From Candidatus Zixiibacteriota bacterium (GTDB lineage Bacteria; Zixibacteria; MSB-5A5; GN15; JAAZOE01), in contig JBDREQ010000066.1 in assembly GCA_043819555.1 (NCBI GenBank), forward strand, positions 72,695 to 136,694: 64,000 bases of DNA, given 5' to 3'. Shown piece by piece: positions 1 through 8,928 of this stretch. The notes beneath the pieces were generated by a model. That model searched no databases, was not told where the DNA came from, and saw only the letters and a list, made by a program, of their open reading frames with translations. The stretch's first letter is position 1. Each line of letters starts with the position of its first letter. Position numbers and translations under genes: made by a program.

Positions 1-2027
1 AGCGTCCTCAAATCAACGACCCGCGCGCCAATTCCCTTTTCTTTGCATATCTCAGCCGCTCGACGGGCCAGATGAACTGTCGCACCGTAAGTGATAATCG
101 CGACATCTTTGTGCTCGGGATAATAAACCTTGGCCTGCCCAAAGGGAATCATTTCATCAAACGGCGGATATTCAGTTTCGACCGGCACCCCTTCCCAGTC
201 GCGCCGGTTATACAACGCCACTGACTCACAGAATAGAACCGGGTCATTACAGGCATACGCCGTCCGCAAAAGTCCGGCGGCGTCATACGCATTCGATGGC
301 ACAACCACATGTAAACCTGGCATATTTATGAACGTGCCGATATTGGCTTCGCTGTGCCAGAACGCACCCGCGCCCTGCTTATATCCTCCATAAGAAACCC
401 GAACCACCATCTGCGCCGTCCATTGGCGATTGGACCTCTGATAAAGAGTGCAAATCCGGTCTTTGAGAATTTGATATCCTGGCGAAATATAATCGAGGAA
501 TTGAATTTCCGGAATCGGCCGACGACCTTGAAAAGTATGACCGATAGCACGCCCAAGAATACCGGCTTCGTCAAGAGGCGTATTAAAGCTGCGGCTCTTG
601 CCAAATTCACGCTGGAGATTTTTGGAAACGAGAAACACCCCGCCTTTGCCTTTGAGATTTTTCATCTTTTCAGGATGATTCAATATTTCGCCGGAAAAAT
701 CGCCAACGTCTTCGCCGAAGACCAGGGCGTCCTGGGAATGAGCCAGGATTTCCATCAGGGAATAATTAATCGCCGAGCGCATTGTCATCGGTCCCAGATT
801 CTCCGGGACATCCGGCTTGGGAAAATATTTTTTCTTATGATATTCAACGAATATTTTCTTGCGATCAATTTTGGCAACCTTCAATATTTCCGTCCATGTT
901 TTCTGGGCATTTTCAAAAGAATAATCGTAAACCTTGGTTTCCACATCTTCCAGTCGTTTCGGTTGATAGTTTTTAACCGCCTTTTCCGATTCCTCCATAA
1001 CCGTCTTATTTATCTCATCCATCATCTGGCCGATTTGTTTGGGAGTAATCACGCCATCTTTAATAAATGTCAAACCGGTTTTCAAGGTGCAGTCGTTCTC
1101 GGTATGCCATTTCTGCAATTCGGGGTCCATGTAAAACGACTGGTCATCCGAACCGGAATGCGACTCCTCACGGGTAACTTTGATATTCATCAATACCGGC
1201 CCGGCCCCGCTGCGAGCATAATCAATCGCCTCGCGCACGTTTTTGATCGATTCTTTTATATCAGTGCCATCGAAACGAAAAATCTTAAGGCCAAAACGCT
1301 GGAATCCCTCAAATGGAGTCGTCGGATCGCCTTCCGGAAATTGTTCTTCGACCGAAACTGAAATGGCCCAGCCGCAATTATAAATGGCATAAACATTGGG
1401 CGATTTATCAAAGACCGAATAGAAAACGGCTCGGGCAAATTCCGGCGAGGAAGTGCTCCCTTCGCCAATGGAACAATACACGACCGTATCTTTGGGATAT
1501 CGCCCGCCGGGATACACCGCCTGCTCTGAGATTGGCGCCGGATGAATAATCGCGCCCCCCAATCCCGCCGCTTCAAGGGCATGCGAGCCAGTCGGCGATG
1601 CTTGAGGCAGGATTCCTTTTTCGGGATAGGCCGAATGCGACGGCTGCAGCATACCTCCCACCGCCTGACCACGGCGATCGCCGATCGCCTCCAGCATCTT
1701 TTCATGAACCGATATGCCTCGATGCATATCAAAACCTTTGTTGCGATAATATCCGCTGAAGGGATCGTTGGTTCGGAGAAACTGGGCCGCGACTATATCA
1801 ATCATTTCCTTGCCACCGCAACCAATTACAAATCGACAATGACCTTTTCGCAAAAGCAACTTTTCTTCCATCTCAATGCGCCGAGCCATTAGCATTGAGT
1901 AGAGCATTTTTCTAAGTTCGCTGACTTTCAAGCCGCCATAAGCCGGCAACGCCTGCCCCGCTTTTTTGGCCGCACCTTTTTTGCCCTTATATTTTCTTAG
2001 TTTTTCCGATAACTCTTTTATATGCAC
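1..2027 (-). CDS. Fused E1alpha/E1beta 2-oxoacid (probably branched-chain/2-oxoisovalerate) dehydrogenase; 3' end runs off the window
   Basis: Manually translated, absent from the ORF track. GTG at 2027 after a GGGGAGG RBS. Alpha part has TPP motif IGEGSTS...YNCGWAIS and SHSGSDD; beta part has FGEDVG, FNTPLDEAGI, EIQFLDY, VVVPSNAYDAAGLL, VVDLR. Confidence 0.88.
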   Translation of the reverse strand, partial: MHIKELSEKLRKYKGKKGAAKKAGQALPAYGGLKVSELRKMLYSMLMARRIEMEEKLLLRKGHCRFVIGCGGKEMIDIVAAQFLRTNDPFSGYYRNKGFDMHRGISVHEKMLEAIGDRRGQAVGGMLQPSHSAYPEKGILPQASPTGSHALEAAGLGGAIIHPAPISEQAVYPGGRYPKDTVVYCSIGEGSTSSPEFARAVFYSVFDKSPNVYAIYNCGWAISVSVEEQFPEGDPTTPFEGFQRFGLKIFRFDGTDIKESIKNVREAIDYARSGAGPVLMNIKVTREESHSGSDDQSFYMDPELQKWHTENDCTLKTGLTFIKDGVITPKQIGQMMDEINKTVMEESEKAVKNYQPKRLEDVETKVYDYSFENAQKTWTEILKVAKIDRKKIFVEYHKKKYFPKPDVPENLGPMTMRSAINYSLMEILAHSQDALVFGEDVGDFSGEILNHPEKMKNLKGKGGVFLVSKNLQREFGKSRSFNTPLDEAGILGRAIGHTFQGRRPIPEIQFLDYISPGYQILKDRICTLYQRSNRQWTAQMVVRVSYGGYKQGAGAFWHSEANIGTFINMPGLHVVVPSNAYDAAGLLRTAYACNDPVLFCESVALYNRRDWEGVPVETEYPPFDEMIPFGQAKVYYPEHKDVAIITYGATVHLARRAAEICKEKGIGARVVDLRT

Positions 2028-2250
2028 AGCCGCCTCCCCACAGGATTTGCTGATAGAAGTTTTACATGAGACAAATTTAAATAATACAATTTCATAACCG
2101 CTATCAACTACATTTTCCTTCGCCAAAAATTGACCGGTCAAATAACTATTGAATCAAATACGCATATTATTATCCACTATTGGAAAAATTCTTGATTCAC
2201 CACACTCATTTGTGCGGTAACAGGATAGTCATTTTTTGACATAAACGAGA

Positions 2251-2278
2251 TTGACAAATTTGTCATTATATTTATATT
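2251..2278 (+). promoter_or_regulatory. Putative sigma70 promoter overlapped by a perfect 14-bp palindrome (candidate operator)
   Basis: TTGACA-N16-TATATT upstream of the ORF at 2330; palindrome TGACAAATTTGTCA at 2252-2265. Confidence 0.45.
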
Positions 2279-2329
2279 ATGACAAAGACGGTATAGATAC
2301 ACGTACTTTTCCCAAAACTGAGGGAACAG

Positions 2330-3901
2330 ATGAAGAGAAAAATCTCAAATAGATTAATCTTAATTTGCTGGGGATTGATTTATTTTCTTCTGTCCGGGTG
2401 CGGCGGCAAACTGGTCAGCCCTGAAAATGATAATGTCCCCTATGAAATAAAAATCGATTACAAACACGATGTCCATTTGGGTTACTTCGCCGAAGTTTCC
2501 ATTGATTTTACCGGTGATTTTTCGCAAGTATCTGCCTTAGACTTAAGAATCGCGTATGATCCTGCCTGCCTCTATTTTGCAGAAGCATATCCCGGTGGCT
2601 TTCTTGTCAATAACAAGTGGATTTATTTTTCATACAATCACGTTCCAAAAATCGATACGGGCGATGTGCATAAACCTCCGATGATTCATCTATATGCCTT
2701 CAAAGGCAACGGTACAGACCCAATTCTATCAGAGACTCCAACCGCAGACTCTACCGCAATAGTTACGCTGACTTTCTTGGTAAAAGACAACCCCGATAAT
2801 TCCTATACCTTCTCGCCCATAAGGTTCTACTGGGAAGACTGTTACGATAATTTGGTGTTTACCGATTTCACTGATAGCGCCATCTCCGTCGCAGCCGTCT
2901 ATGATACTGGGCAGCTTATTTGGTTAAATGAATTTAATGAAACCGGTAATGGTTTCACTCCCTTTATATGCCCCGAAGAGTCGCAGATTGTGTTTTTGCC
3001 CATATTGAATTTCTCAAATGGCGGATTTAATTTTTCCGGTGATACGACCATCTATGGCGCCCGTGGTGATATAAATATAAATGGGGTGCCTTTTGAAATT
3101 GCTGATGCGGTAATGTTGACGAGTTTTTTCATATCCGGATATTCCGCATTTGGAAGTCATATAGATAGTTCAATTGCTGCCTCAGATGTCAATAATAATG
3201 GCATTCCCCTCGAAGTAGCCGATTTAGATTACCTCATACGCATCATACAAGGTGATGGCCTCCCCTACTGGTATCTGACTGACGTTAAACCTGTCGAGAT
3301 TATTCATTATACCGATGGAGAAAACCATTCAATCTACTATGATTCCCCATATGACCTGGGGGGTATGTTCTTTGAATTTGAAGTGACAGGAGATGTTTCC
3401 CAACCAATCCTGATTGATAACGCCAACGGTATGGATATAATTTCGCATTTTGGTTCGGGCGTATTCAGAATACTCATTTACAATATCGGAAGTGAAAAAA
3501 TTGAAGAAGGCAACGGAAGTATTTTGAGTTTTCAATCTTCCGGCGATGTCAATTTAAATTATATCGAAATTTCGCATTATGAGGGCATCACCGTACCTGT
3601 TGAAATCAACAGCGAACCAACTGTCTTTGAATTAATGCAGAATTACCCAAACCCGTTTAGCGCTTCAACCGCGATTCAAATCGCTCTGGCTTTCGAATCC
3701 GATTGGACTATTGAGATATTTAATATGATCGGCGAGATAAAAAGAACTTTGAATGGCCATTCAACTGCCGGTATGATTGAGATTATCTGGGACGGTAAAG
3801 ATGATAACGGCGACGATGTCCCTGGCGGTGTCTATTTTTATCGCTGTACCGCCGGCGGCCAAACAAACACCAAAAAAATGATGCTCCTGAGAGAGCCATA
3901 A
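2330..3901 (+). CDS. Lipoprotein with cohesin-like, dockerin-like and C-terminal FlgD-Ig/T9SS-type sorting domains
   Basis: Lipobox LLSGC; cohesin-like segment (ALDLRIAYDP...LTFLV...PIRFYWEDC); dockerin repeats RGDININGVPFEIADAV and ASDVNNNGIPLEVADLDYLIRII; tail QNYPNPF...IIWDGKDDNG...GVYFYR...KKMMLL. Confidence 0.75.
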   Translation: MKRKISNRLILICWGLIYFLLSGCGGKLVSPENDNVPYEIKIDYKHDVHLGYFAEVSIDFTGDFSQVSALDLRIAYDPACLYFAEAYPGGFLVNNKWIYFSYNHVPKIDTGDVHKPPMIHLYAFKGNGTDPILSETPTADSTAIVTLTFLVKDNPDNSYTFSPIRFYWEDCYDNLVFTDFTDSAISVAAVYDTGQLIWLNEFNETGNGFTPFICPEESQIVFLPILNFSNGGFNFSGDTTIYGARGDININGVPFEIADAVMLTSFFISGYSAFGSHIDSSIAASDVNNNGIPLEVADLDYLIRIIQGDGLPYWYLTDVKPVEIIHYTDGENHSIYYDSPYDLGGMFFEFEVTGDVSQPILIDNANGMDIISHFGSGVFRILIYNIGSEKIEEGNGSILSFQSSGDVNLNYIEISHYEGITVPVEINSEPTVFELMQNYPNPFSASTAIQIALAFESDWTIEIFNMIGEIKRTLNGHSTAGMIEIIWDGKDDNGDDVPGGVYFYRCTAGGQTNTKKMMLLREP

Positions 3902-3929
3902 AAAAAGACAGGAGCACGACTCCTGCCTT
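3901..3929. terminator. Intrinsic terminator between convergent genes
   Basis: A-tract followed by hairpin CAGGAG-cacga-CTCCTG. Confidence 0.55.
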
Positions 3930-3968
3930 AAATAAGTATTCCAAAATCTTAATTTGCTCAAGAGAAAA

Positions 3969-4646
3969 TCAGCCTCCACCCCCCATTCGTCGATTTTCTC
4001 CATCCATCATCCGACCCCGCCGCTGTTCCATCTGCTGTCGTCGTTCGTCTTTTATCTTTTGATATTCTATTTTTTGTTCTTCGTTCAATATCGCTTCAAT
4101 ATTTTTATCAGACTCTTCGCCGATGCCCTGCATCGCCTCGCGCATTTCTCCGCGATCCCGACTGCCGCTTCTCATTTCATCCATAAGAATCTGGCGGTCG
4201 TTATTCGCCGTTTCCAGAATTTTGCCAATTTTCTCTTGCTGTTCCTCCGTCAATTGCAGCCGCTCGGTGAGCGCTTTCATCTGATCATCTCCCGACCATT
4301 CTCTGGCAAATTCCATTTTTTTCAATTTCTTCTTCTGGCGATCATCCAGAATAAAGCCTATCCGTTTATGAATTTTATCAAACCATGCCTGCCGGCTTTC
4401 TCGATCACCTCGTCCACTTTCAGTTTTTTGGGAACGATTTTCCTGCCACTCGGCTCGCGTCTCCATCCGCTTACTAAACTCCTCAATCAGGATCGGACGA
4501 ATCTGATCCTTTTGGCTGGAACTGAGTTTTAATTCTTTATCAAGAATCTCGATATGACGGTCAGCCCAATCCTCGGCCTCATCGGCGAAAGCAAGGCCAG
4601 CCACCAGAAGAGCTAAAAAAATCACAAAACCAAAAATAAACTTCAC
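3969..4646 (-). CDS. Secreted helical protein, Spy/CpxP-like (LTXXQ repeats)
   Basis: Signal peptide ending ALLVAGLAFA; repeated LSSSQK, LDDRQK, LTEEQQ, LNEEQK motifs; R/G/M-rich tail; GAGGAGG RBS before GTG. Confidence 0.65.
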   Translation of the reverse strand: MKFIFGFVIFLALLVAGLAFADEAEDWADRHIEILDKELKLSSSQKDQIRPILIEEFSKRMETRAEWQENRSQKTESGRGDRESRQAWFDKIHKRIGFILDDRQKKKLKKMEFAREWSGDDQMKALTERLQLTEEQQEKIGKILETANNDRQILMDEMRSGSRDRGEMREAMQGIGEESDKNIEAILNEEQKIEYQKIKDERRQQMEQRRGRMMDGENRRMGGGG

Positions 4647-4682
4647 AATCTCCTCCTCAATACTATATTTTTCATCAATATA

Positions 4683-4710
4683 TTAGACAAAAAACAGAGA
4701 GTAAAGTCTA
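4683..4710 (-). promoter_or_regulatory. Possible ECF (sigmaE-like) promoter for the Spy/CpxP-like gene
   Basis: Minus strand reads AGACTT-N16-TCTAA about 35 nt upstream of the start; fits an envelope-stress gene. Confidence 0.3.
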
Positions 4711-4768
4711 ATTATTTTTTGTTATTGTAGCCGTTGAGTGTCTTCAAACGTTGATAATACGTAATGGC

Positions 4769-4876
4769 TAAGGCGCTGAGCTGTGGGACCAGGCACAGCG
4801 CCTTATCTGGGAGGGATATTAAAGGTTGTCCAATAACGCAATTACAAGTGGATTAAATCCACAACAACCTGTACTC
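4769..4876 (-). ncRNA. Candidate structured small RNA or leader (unassigned)
   Basis: 10-bp stem TAAGGCGCTG/CAGCGCCTTA (4769-4805), unpaired UCCCUCCC on the minus strand, and a second stem AGGTTGT/ACAACCT enclosing hairpin GTGGAT/ATCCAC. Confidence 0.3.
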
Positions 4877-5047
4877 ATTAACATACAAATTTAAAATACG
4901 CAACAATTATTATCCATTTTGGGCAATTATATTACATAATATTCAGCATAATCAGAAATTCCAGACCATAAAATTAGATGATTGTTTCATTTATTGAACA
5001 ATCAAAGCCTGCATGGCAAATGATATAATTGGCTGTTAAACAATCAA

Positions 5048-6268
5048 TTAATAGACTATTTGAGGTCCTATTCCGGGAGCAGAGCCGTCTCTGAAGATAT
5101 AATTGACCAAATACACTGCATCGCCAATGTTGACGTATTTATCCATGTTAACATTTGCTCTCCAGCCGGGCCATGCAGGCGGTGGGCCATTTTTGAAAAT
5201 ACGATTTATCAGAAAAACAGCATCGCCGACATCCACTCCCCAATCGCCGTTTGCGTCCCCTGGCCGGTAATTAAAATCTATATGCACCGGACCGTCGCCG
5301 ACATTATACGTACTTACTATTTGCCCCTGAGAATTAATGCGGAATATCCTGTCACCAAAAGTGCAGGCAAAAGACGTGGTATCCTGATAGGCGACAATTC
5401 CCATCGACCCGGAATCGACATAAATCGGATTATCCGCGTCATGATAAATTTCGAATGTCTCACAGTTATAGGAATAGACTTCGCCGTCATCGGCCCATCC
5501 TCCGGCGGAAATGTACGCCACATTGTCGGCCCCAATGGCCAGCAGACTCGGATCACCGCCCAGTACTTTAGAGTCAATAATTGTATTTGTAACGGGATCT
5601 AAACGATATGCCTTTCCGCGATTCGCCCAGTAATCTCCGGTGCATATGCAATGAATTATTCCATGCCTGTCGATCGCCAAAAACTGAGGATTGGTGCTGG
5701 TCAGGATTTCATAATCATTCATAACGGTATCGGCAAGACAGTCATAAACGACTACTTGTCCCTGCCCCCAGGCATATGTATTAAAATCATAAGCGGTAAC
5801 GGCGATATAGGCGCGATCGCCATAGATAATCATTCCCTCGGGCGATTGCCCCACTTCAATAACCTCAACGATTTCACGGGAGGAAACGTCTATTTTAGCA
5901 ACACTGTTGTTGACCATCAGGGTAACATAGAGATATTGATCATTGAGAAAAGCCATCCAGAATGGATTGCTGTATTCAGGCAGTTCAATCCATCCCGCAG
6001 TCGATTCATTGTTCAAATTTATTATTTGAATTTCTGATGTCCCGGATAAGACGACATAGGCTAATGTATCTCTTATAATAATTTGGTTGGGAAAGCAATA
6101 AATATCCGATCCGACCGCGATTATGTTGTTTGTAACATGTCCTGTATTCAAATCGATTTTTGACAGTGTTTCACCCGAGGCATTGACGACGTAAGCTATC
6201 GGATCGGCGGCGAATATAATTGATGAATAAAACAGCGCCAAAAATAGAAAACATCCAAAGCGTGTCAT
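5048..6268 (-). CDS. YncE/BtuG-like beta-propeller with C-terminal dockerin
   Basis: Signal peptide; YVTN-type repeats (AYVVN, LYVTL, VGQSPEGM, VGDGPVHI); dockerin GDANGDWGVDVGDAVFLINRIF...ANVNMDKYVNIGDAVYLVNYIF; start overlaps the receptor stop codon. Confidence 0.8.
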   Translation of the reverse strand: MTRFGCFLFLALFYSSIIFAADPIAYVVNASGETLSKIDLNTGHVTNNIIAVGSDIYCFPNQIIIRDTLAYVVLSGTSEIQIINLNNESTAGWIELPEYSNPFWMAFLNDQYLYVTLMVNNSVAKIDVSSREIVEVIEVGQSPEGMIIYGDRAYIAVTAYDFNTYAWGQGQVVVYDCLADTVMNDYEILTSTNPQFLAIDRHGIIHCICTGDYWANRGKAYRLDPVTNTIIDSKVLGGDPSLLAIGADNVAYISAGGWADDGEVYSYNCETFEIYHDADNPIYVDSGSMGIVAYQDTTSFACTFGDRIFRINSQGQIVSTYNVGDGPVHIDFNYRPGDANGDWGVDVGDAVFLINRIFKNGPPPAWPGWRANVNMDKYVNIGDAVYLVNYIFRDGSAPGIGPQIVY

Positions 6269-8631
6269 GGTTTTTCTCCTGCTGCATTATTGGCTAATGA
6301 TTTGTGGGGAAACTGGTAAGTCAGAGATAAATCAATACTCCAATCTCTACCCGGCATCGGGAATTGGCCGATGAGCGTATATTTTTCATCCCTGAGGTTT
6401 TTAATCCGGTACATGGTTTCAATCCCTATATTTGAGTGCTTAAGCTGAAGCCCAATATGAAAATCGTCAATTCGATAGGAATCATACCATTTGGTATTGG
6501 CGTCCAATGCGTATCTTTTATCAACCAATCGTATCGAATATTGTCCCACTGCTTTCCAAATCGACAATTTTGTTTGAACTGTCGCCGTATATCGGGGCCG
6601 GTAGGTTAAATCCTTGTTATTGCTGTTTCCGGCGGCTTTGTTCTTGGGAACCAGTACAGTATTTTGATAGGAAATTTCGAGGTGTTTGGAAAATAGTCCG
6701 AGTCGAACAAAATCTTCATGTCCGGTAATTCTGGCCGCGACGAGATTCTCCGGTTTCCAGGCGAACCCCGGCGATGTCAGGTGCCATACGATTATATCTT
6801 TAACATAATTGTGGAAATATGTAATCCCGGCTGATATGTCAATTATTCCATTGTATTCAATTTCAAATCCCGCCTCGCTTTGTTCAGATATCTCCGGCCT
6901 AAGTAGCGGATTCCCGACAGCCCATGCGTCGCTCTTCCAAAACAGAGCAACCAAAGCGGGCAATTGAAACGACGTCCCATAATTTCCGCGAAGAGTCATG
7001 CGAAATATTTTGCCTGCAGAAACGGCAAGACCAATTTTTTTTGAAAGAATATTCGATGACGACGGTTGGTTCTCACCATCTTGATTGACATTAAATTCAT
7101 TAAATGTGCGACTGTAATCGTGGCGAAGATCGCCATTGAATATCACGGATATAGAAGAATCTGATATTTCAAATTTCCTTCGAAGGCTGACAAAAACAGC
7201 TCCGCTTTTTCTTACAGTATTCCCAAGTGATTGAGTTGGGTGGAGTATATCTTTATGATCAAATCTATCGCGGCGTATAGAAATCCCGCTCTGGATATCG
7301 CCCAGGGCTGGAGATAAATAAATATTGAGAGCGTCAAAAGAAAATTTTTCGGTGAATGATTTATTTTCGGCCTTCTGAAACGGTTTGGCCGCCTCAATAT
7401 TATTATGGTACTGAGTAAACTTCGACGCGCTCAATGTCAATCTTATATTGTGTCGTGATGTTGGAATATATGCAAAAGCGGCGCTGCCCAATATCCGATT
7501 ATCATCTTTATAGGCCAGATCATTTTGCTGACTCTCCGGACCGGGCATACCATATCTCGATGAGTAAATCTGACCAGTATATCTCAAGAGTGATTTTAAA
7601 GAGCAATCATATTGTCCCGAAACAAAATAATTTTCTCGCATTGAATAAGAATTCCGTCGAACATCGGACTTAATTACTCCAACCGGCTGAGTAACATATA
7701 CATAATCAAAGTCGCCGTTCGTTCTGTAATGGTTATAGCTGAATTTATTAACTATCCCTGAATTTGGTAATATGTCGGTGGCGGTAAAATCTGTCGCTTC
7801 AGTCTTCCATTTGCCCAATCCATGGTTAAATGATAATTCCGCCTGGTTCTTTCGGCCCATGGCCTGAGTTATTATATTGACAACTCCACCCATCGCCCCT
7901 GCTCCAAATCTCGCCGACGAACTCCCTCGGTATATTTCAACTCGCTCAACGATTTTAAGGGGTATTAGGCTCAGATCGGCAACGCCATCCTCTGCGTTAT
8001 TCAAAGGATGACCATCAATCATAATCAGAACATGACGCGCCTCGCATCCTCGAATGCTAACAGTTTTCCTGCCTCCGCTTCCCGATTCAAAAACCGCTAC
8101 TCCATTGGCGTTGTCAAGAAGGTCGCCGAGATCCTCCGCCTTTGATTCAATGATATTGGTTCGGTTGATAATTTCAAAATCGGTTGATCTGTGAGACGAT
8201 TTTTGGGCAATAACAATTGTCGAATCTAATCTGTAAATTTTCCGTTCAAGATAAATAGTCAAATTACAGGACACATCGGGGCTAATTTCAATAGTTGATT
8301 CTTCAGATTCAGAATACCCCTCCGCAGTAACGGCCACAGAAACGAATCCAACCGGCAGATGCTCAAATTGATAATACCCAGAATTATCCGTTTGGGTTAT
8401 ATAATTAGAGTTGGAAATATTGATTGAAGCTCGGCTTACGGGAGAGCCGTCAGCCTTATCATAAACCCGCCCCGATAATTTTATGGTCGATTGCCCTACT
8501 GCTTGACTGCCAATTGATAACAAGGCAATCAATAGCACAACTACTCTTGAGCTGGCGGCGGTTCGCGGCGTGACGGGAAATATGCAAGAAAAAATCCCGA
8601 CAACGCCTCTTGTCAGTCGGGAAAGCTTCAA
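6265..8631 (-). CDS. btuB: TonB-dependent receptor, cobalamin (BtuB-like), with N-terminal carboxypeptidase-regulatory-like domain
   Basis: Plug motifs SIRG, VLIMIDGHPLN, VERVEIYRGSSSARFGAGAMGGVVNIIT; C-terminal PMPGR...LTYQF; lies directly downstream of a cobalamin riboswitch. Confidence 0.85.
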   Translation of the reverse strand: MKLSRLTRGVVGIFSCIFPVTPRTAASSRVVVLLIALLSIGSQAVGQSTIKLSGRVYDKADGSPVSRASINISNSNYITQTDNSGYYQFEHLPVGFVSVAVTAEGYSESEESTIEISPDVSCNLTIYLERKIYRLDSTIVIAQKSSHRSTDFEIINRTNIIESKAEDLGDLLDNANGVAVFESGSGGRKTVSIRGCEARHVLIMIDGHPLNNAEDGVADLSLIPLKIVERVEIYRGSSSARFGAGAMGGVVNIITQAMGRKNQAELSFNHGLGKWKTEATDFTATDILPNSGIVNKFSYNHYRTNGDFDYVYVTQPVGVIKSDVRRNSYSMRENYFVSGQYDCSLKSLLRYTGQIYSSRYGMPGPESQQNDLAYKDDNRILGSAAFAYIPTSRHNIRLTLSASKFTQYHNNIEAAKPFQKAENKSFTEKFSFDALNIYLSPALGDIQSGISIRRDRFDHKDILHPTQSLGNTVRKSGAVFVSLRRKFEISDSSISVIFNGDLRHDYSRTFNEFNVNQDGENQPSSSNILSKKIGLAVSAGKIFRMTLRGNYGTSFQLPALVALFWKSDAWAVGNPLLRPEISEQSEAGFEIEYNGIIDISAGITYFHNYVKDIIVWHLTSPGFAWKPENLVAARITGHEDFVRLGLFSKHLEISYQNTVLVPKNKAAGNSNNKDLTYRPRYTATVQTKLSIWKAVGQYSIRLVDKRYALDANTKWYDSYRIDDFHIGLQLKHSNIGIETMYRIKNLRDEKYTLIGQFPMPGRDWSIDLSLTYQFPHKSLANNAAGEKP

Positions 8632-8670
8632 CGCTCCCTCCCTCGAGGGCTGTCGAATTACAGGTCCTGA

Positions 8671-8832
8671 CTTCGGTAGGTCTCCTGGCTTGCGGCATCA
8701 AACCTAACGGGCTCCCTTCCCCCCGAAATTGAAATCCGGGAGTGGAATATGAGCCTTTCGTAACCGCATACAGTAGCGGGGCTGCGACGGCATTGCACCG
8801 TCTTCCCTATTATCCGCGGCGCGGACCGAAAT
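8671..8832 (-). ncRNA. Cobalamin (B12) riboswitch
   Basis: Minus strand: AATAGGGAA-GACGGTGCAATGCCGTC-GCAGCCCCGCTACTGT...CCACT...GGGAAGG...AAGCCAGGAGACCT (B12 box), closed by TTCGGT/ACCGAA. Confidence 0.93.
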
Positions 8833-8875
8833 CGTCTACGGTGATAGTATATGCCAAGAGCCGGACTATGTCAAT

Positions 8876-8901
8876 AAAAAACCCCGCCGGTAGGCGGGGT
8901 T
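8876..8901 (-). terminator. Intrinsic terminator of the 392-aa lipoprotein gene
   Basis: Hairpin AACCCCGCC/GGCGGGGTT with a U-tract on the minus strand. Confidence 0.75.
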
Positions 8902-8928
8902 GAAAATTTACTTCTGAACCATAGGTAA

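Noticed and set aside
354..1361. 335-aa plus-strand ORF and other short ORFs in 130-1892
   Set aside because: They are antisense or off-frame shadows of the minus-strand E1alpha/beta gene, which the track missed because it runs off the window.
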